In this document: positions 56,820 through 64,000 of the stretch, piece after piece
Layout: the number at the start of each line of letters is the position of its first letter
How positions within the stretch are numbered: position 1 is the first letter of the stretch
Assembly: GCF_009914755.1 (NCBI RefSeq)
Contig: NC_060930.1
Strand: one strand, 5' to 3'
DNA: 64,000 nt
DNA from: the human T2T-CHM13v2.0 reference genome, Homo sapiens
Position numbers and translations under genes: made by a program
The notes under the pieces: model-generated
Told to the model about the DNA's origin: nothing
Seen by the model: the letters and a program-made list of their open reading frames with translations, nothing else
Databases searched by the model: none

Positions 56820-57130
56820 CAGATGGCTGCGAAGGCGCCATTTCTCTGTGTGTCCAGCAGGGGGCGCCGATGACAAGCGCGCGGGCTGCGAGGCCGCACA
56901 GACTCTTACGCAACGATGAGGGCGCAGGCTCGCGGGCCAAGGATGCTGACGCAGGCCTGAGTCCGGAAAAGACCCGCACATCTGGGGCCCAAGTGGCCCA
57001 TTTCCCCAGAGGCGAGCAAGGACTCTCAGGAATCGTCATCCTTCCCATGAAATCCTGGAAACTGCTTAGTTGAGTTTCTGGTTGACTTGCGCTGCGTGCA
57101 GCTGGCAGCTGCCGGTGAACCCAGTGACAC
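56820..57130. promoter_or_regulatory. Small CpG-rich patch in non-repeat sequence
   Basis: Dense CpGs (gcgcgcggg, gctcgcggg) against an AT-rich background. Tandem CAGCTG E-boxes at ~57099-57111. Confidence 0.6.
56851..56869 (+). promoter_or_regulatory. CTCF core motif
   Basis: TGTCCAGCAGGGGGCGCCG matches the established core CCASYAGRKGGCRS at every position. Confidence 0.75.
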
Positions 57131-58579
57131 TGGTTCAGTGCTCATGTTTGTTTTCCAAAAGGGGCTGCCCTGATTTTTGTTTTTTTAAGACTAAATAATA
57201 ATAGTCATCATAGGCACCCTTTTCTGAACAGCCCCTCTATGCCTTCCCGGTGCTAGGGGTTTGATGCTGATTGTGTATGTTCCCCTGCTGTGTGTGTTTC
57301 ATCCTCTCATCCTGCAGCAAGGAGCCCCACCAGTGCCTCCCATCAGACCTCCCTGCTGTGTTCAATGCAACTTGCTTTTAAAAGGGAGCCAGGGAGAAAG
57401 GGACGGAAGGAGGGAAGAGGAGAGGACACCAATCCCTTCCCAGATTCATTCTACCTGTCAAAGCGAGAGAAAGCTTGTGTTTGGAGAATGAACAGGAAAC
57501 GATGTTATTTGATTGTCTTAAATCAGTTTCATCTTGCTGTTATTTTACTGTTTAAGGCTTCTGTTTGTTCTGTTTCGTTTTGTTTTCAATTTCCCTCAAA
57601 TGCGTCAGTGATCTCTAGAATATTTCTGTATTCTAGAGAAGATTTGTGCTTAACAGGGAGAGAAAAGGTACAATGGGATTATTTCTGGTAAATAAGGCTG
57701 CTTTTTTAATCCCTTTGCTTTCTTAATTTTGTTAAAAGAAAAATTATGAAGTTATTTTTAAAAGAATTATAAGAATTCAAAACCAGGCTTCCTTCACTGA
57801 AGACATGTTAACTTAAAAATCTGGAAAATATAGATCTAGAAGAAAAAGCATAAACTGCACTTACAATCTCTTAGCCAAGCAATAATTGTTATTTAATTTA
57901 GTATATCAAGTAAGGATCTTTTTCTAATATTCTATATGCTATACTAGAAAGTGTTATAGTATTATACATAGATTAACAATCTATTGTTTTCTTTACTTAA
58001 AATATTTTGATAATTTTAAATATTTGCGCAGTGTTTATCATGTGTCATATAAATGTAACAAAATACATTCAGTTAATTTAATAAGGATGGATATTAAAGC
58101 TATTTTCACTATTTGTTTCTGTTTTTCTATTGTAAACATCACTAGGACAATAACTTTTACATACATTTCTATTTCCTTGGGAAAAATCTCTAAAAGAAAA
58201 ATTGAAGATCAGTGGATATTTAAAGCTACTCAGCATGTATTTGCAAATGGTCTTCTAGAAGCACCGAGCCAATTTGCGTTTTCACCAATGGTTAGGAGCC
58301 AATACCAGTAGAGTTCCTTTTCATGTGCTTTGACAATTTTATAGGTTGCAAATAGTATTTTATTGTTGTTCTAATTTGCATTCTTGTGTGTTTTTCTCTT
58401 GAATTTTTCAGACTCCTTTAAGGATCTTTCCAAAGGTCTTCAATTTTGATATAAGCAACAAAGAATAAGAGTGAGTAACAGCTAAAGAAACCAGGGAACT
58501 GTAGCGGTAGAGTGTAGCAGTGAAAATATTTAAGACTTGATGAAACAATGTCCCTTGCATAGACCGATGCTTTTATAGG

Positions 58580-58935
58580 CACTCCGGACCTGCAGTGGAC
58601 TGTTTCTGTTCTCCCAAAATCCATACGTTGAAATCTAATCTTCAATGTGATGGTATCAGGAGGTAAGGCTGGGAGGTAATTAGGTCACAAGAGTGGAGCC
58701 CCCATGAATGGGATTAGTGCCCTTCTAAAAGAGGCCCCCAAGTGCTCCCTTGCCAGCTACTGGCTGAGGACACAGTGAGAAGACAGCTGTCTATGAGCCA
58801 TGAAGTGAGCCCTCACCTGACATCAATTCTGCCAGCACCTTCATTTTAAACTTTCCAGCCTCCAGATCCGTGAGAAATAACTTTCTGTGTTTATAAGCCA
58901 CCCAATGTATGTTTTGTTTTGTTTTTACAGCGGCC
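58580..58935 (+). mobile_element. MLT1A/B-like MaLR LTR
   Basis: cccaaaatccatacgttgaaatctaatc...tttataagccaccca motifs. Confidence 0.75.
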
Positions 58936-60877
58936 TGAATAGATTTACAGCCAAGAAAATTAGAGAGGGGATCCAGGTTGGAATTAGTCTTCAATCTGAT
59001 TACTCAATTATGATGACTAAAAGCCCTACTGAGCACCAGAATTCTGGTGATTTTTTTTTCCCAAGGTAGCCTAACATAAGGCAAAATTGTAGCATGAAGG
59101 AAGGGGATGACTTCTGAGAAGGCTTTCTTCACCTTGTACAGAAACCCAGGAAGTGGGTTGTGGACACAGGTTTGCACATGTCACCTTGTGGTGTGCATAT
59201 GTGCGTGCTCTTGGGAATGTCATCCCTCCTTATTTTACCTGCATGTGAAAGCAGCAGGAACCTGTGCTAGAAAACAGAGACAATTAGAAGATAGCTGTGC
59301 TTTGGGGAAGCAAGTCAATTGACTGAAAAACAATTTGCCAAATGTCCAATTTGTGAGATTGTAAGGATGTTTAGAAGATTTTCTTTTCCTCTTCACCCTA
59401 TACTTTCCCTGTCCCTGTCTGTGAAGTTGGCCCAGACTATTTTGTTACAGAGGCAGGGTCATGTTCAGAAGCAGGCGCAGGAATTAAACTAAAACATAAG
59501 CAAAAACCCTCAATGAGTCAGTAAATTGGTCATTCATCAAGTTAATTTTAACAAATTGGCTTTCAACAAATTGGCCTGGAGCCCTACTTTGGCACCTTCT
59601 TCTGGAAATGTCTTCTTTTCCTCTTTTAGTCCTTTTCCGTTCAATGTTGTACTTCACCTAGACCTTGAGATTATGCCATTCACAATTATAATCTCAACAT
59701 TCATCACTTGCCTTGGGAGGTACAGACTTAACTGTTGGCTGGCTAAACGTTTATGTGGAATCTTAGAGGACTTGTAACACTATTTAATGAAACACTCAAA
59801 ACATTCAAAGTCTAAAGGGGGATGGTGATTTGGAAATAACTTCTCTTACCTATTCCTACCTGCCCTCTGGCTTCATTCATGGTCATAGGGCCTCAGTTTT
59901 TGGACAGAGAGCACCACCATTTTTGGCCATGCATTCTCTTTTTCCACAGCCCGTTTATATCCATCTGGTCACCACCTGCCAATGAAAAGTAAATAACAAT
60001 GACTGCTCCCTCCACTGGCTTCTGTCCCTGGGGTGAATGGCCAGGAGTTTGAGCCACTGCTGGACAAGAGCCGTTGATTGCTTGAAGGCTGGCAAGGACA
60101 GCAGAGCCCTCATAGTGAACTGGCCTCTGCAGGAGAGAAAAAGGGATAAGCAGACATGCTGCACTGAGATTAGCTTCCTGCCAATTTCTCCTGAATTTTC
60201 CTAAAATAAAAGTGCATTTTCTTCCCAGCCTGATTACATTTCAAAAGCCCTCTTCTACTAGCACAGCCTTGGTAGATGCTGGACTCTAGAGAGGATTAAA
60301 GGTGGTGGGAATGGTAAGGATGGTGAATCCGGGATTAAAATTGCCCTGCCACACATTGGGTCAGAGCAAATATTTGTGAAGCTTGAGTTATTTGCAGTGC
60401 ATCATTATGGTTTCTGTATGGGAAATGCCAAGTTGTACTTCGATGTGCAGGGAGATAAAAATATATTTACCAACACAGGGTGTTATGTGTTAAATGGTAA
60501 GGTGCCAGAATGCTCATAAACTTGACCAGTACAAGGATGTTGTCAGAGGTGGTGTGGGAAGCAAAATTGTGGATCAGGTGCTGAAATGATTAAAGAAGAT
60601 GGAAGACTGAGCTGACGACAGTATGCATTAATTAATGGAAAGGTATGGCCTGAAATGTAAAAGAGGAGATGTAGTTGAGTAAGAAGTGCAGCATCCTTTC
60701 ATCTATCACACTGGAAATCCAGCAAAATCTGAGACCAAGTGACTATTTAAAGTCAACTATATAGAACTCCAGAGCTGGGGATGATTTATCTGCAGGAAGA
60801 AACCAGCTTTGCTCTGGGCTAAGAGTGAAAGCATATTAAATATGTAGCCTTTTAAAGAATCATATTTCTGTATCATC

Positions 60878-60911
60878 TATACATATATATATATACACAC
60901 ACACACACACA
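60878..60911. repeat. (TA)n(CA)n compound microsatellite
   Basis: Directly visible. Confidence 0.85.
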
Positions 60912-62672
60912 CTATTTCATATATATAATGGATTAAAGCAGATCATAACATAATAAATATCAAATTATTCATGTTCCTCTTTTGAGCCTCATTCTGCAGA
61001 AGGAACACTTTCACGCTTTAAAAAAGACAGGATCACCTCTGATCTATGAACCATTTTATTTCAAATACATCTTACTGTTACAATTTGGCCTACTGCTTGG
61101 TGGGGAAAGGCCTTTCCACGTTTCACTCACTGCAGAGCAATCCAGCTTTCCTGTGATATTCATCTGATGTTTATATCCATCTTTTGAAATATAGGGGCTA
61201 TTAGACCAGAAATATTCCATGAAGAAGGGAGCAAAGATTCATGTCACTGACAACTGGAGAAGAAACAGAGAAAGGGTAATAATATCGTGGGACAGAATGG
61301 AGTCCCTTCCAGATCTTTGGAGGGCTAGCACCATATCCTTCCCAATCATTTATTGCAAGGCTAACTAAGGTCCTGAAGAGTGGGCCCCTTCAGTCTGAGG
61401 CCAAGAGGCCGCTGACCTACCCTGATATAGACCAAACTGTGCTTAGTTTCCCTCTGGAAGCACCAGAATAGCTGCACTGGTTGTACTGTGTCATTTCAGA
61501 ATGCTGACCTCAACCCTTAGCCCATTTGTTTGTTGACACAATAGTTCTTTTTTTTTTTTTTTTTTTTGAGAAAAATAAATCTTTGTACTGCAGTTAGAAA
61601 TAAAGCTTAAAGAAAAATCACTGGGATTGGTGACATGTTGCTTTAAGTTAAAAAATGGCTCTGCAAGGTGGGTATCCAAACCTTTGCAGCTGTTCTCCAT
61701 GCAAGAAGAACAACTCAAGAGCAGCATGTCATGGGCAGCTCCCAGGAAAGGAGGAGACAGGCTGGAGGCACCAAACCCATCCAAGCACTCAGTACTTGCA
61801 AAGGCGCTGGTCTCCTTTACTATCCAAACACCTTACACTTTCTAGGAATTCAATACACACGGATTAAAGCCCAACTTACTAAAACTAGTTATTTAGCATT
61901 AATAATTTGAATCTTTAAGTTTTAGCTGGTGAAGGACTATATAAGTTTTTATTTGAAAATCAAGCGTGTTTTTCTTTCTTTCTTTCAAATCAGGTACTCA
62001 TGATGTGTGACAAATGGCATGCCTCCTGCAAGAGTTATGAGTTATGTGCCTAAACAGGAAGGATCATCTCATTGCAGAATTAGGGCATCATCCAGTGGGA
62101 AGGGAGTTTCAAGGTCATTTAGTCCAGCCTCCGAGTGATACAGAAATTCTCTTTGCAGCATCCCTATCACGTGGCCATCAAACTTCTACTAGTGTATTCA
62201 TCCACACCTGGTCTGTCTAAAACCTTGAGAACAGCCCCTTGTATAGTTCAATAGCCCCAGCTGAAGGAAAAGTTTTTGTTATTTTCAGTAAACATATTCT
62301 GTTGTGTAACTTTGGTTGATCGGTTCCCCTTTAGCGACCCAGAAAACACTGAGCTCCCTCTGACACCCATGCCCTTTGACTGAAAGTCAGCCATAAAATA
62401 GAGCACCAGAGTAACTTTCCAGAGTCCCAGATCTGCCCCTTCGCTCCACTGCAAATCAAATGTGTGACCTGTGTTTCAATTCAATTAGCCTTTTCCTAAG
62501 GGTTTCACTGTTTCTGTTCCTGTGAGTTTCTTTTTTAAAGATCTGTATTTGTATATTTCAAGTGGAATTTTTTTTTTTTTAGCAAACCACAACATTTTAT
62601 TTTAAATTGAGAGATATGGTTTGATTTTTATTTTTATTGTGGAAAATTTCAAACATACAAGAGTAGATATAA

Positions 62673-63034
<362 letters not shown>

Positions 63035-64000
63035 AGTCAATCTTATTTCGTCATTACCCTCACCCCTGCTTTCTCCTCCCTGGATTGTTTTGAAGCAAAT
63101 CCCACATACCATACAATGTCAGCCGTACCTTCTCATATGAACCTGGGAGCAAATTCTCCAAATGACAAAATCAATGGAAGACATTTGGGGGGCCTTGCCC
63201 TTATAGTGGGTGCTGGAGTTACAAAGGTGAATACAATTGTGCCACGTTTCGGTCTTTTTGGAAAACACTACCCCTCATGTGTCTGTAAAAATTGACTCTT
63301 CTTTTTGTGCTAACACTTCCTTTTTTGGCCAAAATCTTTCTAAAAATAGACAGCAAGCCCCCTCCTGCTGCCTGTTTCTTAAACTTTCCTCTCATGAAGG
63401 TGAGCTAGGATTGTACAATTACAATGCTTTGAGAATTTTGTTCCTTTTGAGCTGTCTTTACTTTTCAAAGCCTCTAGTCATGCTATTGGACCTATCTTTT
63501 CCTCTAATAATTAAAAAAGTCTCTATATTGTGTTATTCTCTGTCTTTTCATCCCAGTTTACTATGATTAACGTGGTTACCATCTCCCCAGGTTCTTCCCG
63601 TTCATTTACCTTCACCATTTCATTTCACCTTGCATTTCTTCCCAGTTGCTCAGACTTCACTTCACAATAGTAATTTTCTTTTTCTTTTTTTGTACCTTCT
63701 GAAAGGGCAGTCTAATGACAAAGTCAGTCGATAATTGCTCAGAAGATCTGTATTCACCAGAAAGAGTCTTTCTGCTGATATTCAGAAGATCAAATTTTAA
63801 GCTCAGCATGAACCAAGATCCAGTTACACTGCACACACACAAACAGAAAAACCACCATAGTATGTATGAGGGAAAGATCAGACCATACAATCATTATGTG
63901 ATAATGTATTAATAATAGATGGTATAATGAACCAAAAATTAGCTTGGCAACACTCCCAGGTACTTTTCATAAAATAATTTCCATAACCTGCTTTGCCTAT

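Noticed and set aside
56604-57073. Overlapping ORFs in the GC-rich patch
   Set aside because: Expected from low stop-codon density in GC-rich DNA. No splice-consistent frame or recognisable peptide.

Overview
Primate (human-like) genomic DNA, mostly transposon-derived. The first ~15 kb holds the last coding exons of a + strand gene that I recognise from the translated peptide as androglobin (ADGB; C-terminus ...DTQKKKKGKKK). An antisense KATNBL1 processed pseudogene with clear TSDs lies in the last intron. The main structural feature is a head-to-tail tandem duplication (~5077-12705 and ~12706-19623). It creates two complete copies of the terminal coding exon, each with an acceptor, open frame, stop codon and AATAAA signals. 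The copies differ by 3 amino acids and by one base in the predicted branch point. Comparing them shows a microhomology junction inside an ERV1 LTR, an Alu-Alu recombination deletion, a 22-bp micro-inversion and a probable gene-conversion tract. The remaining ~44 kb has no credible protein-coding exons. It contains Alus, an old near-full-length L1, MER4-group LTRs, a two-LTR THE1 element, a four-level TE nest, an MLT2A LTR, a local inverted duplication and a small CpG-rich patch with a near-consensus CTCF motif. Gene and repeat-subfamily names come from my recognition of the sequence, not from a database search.
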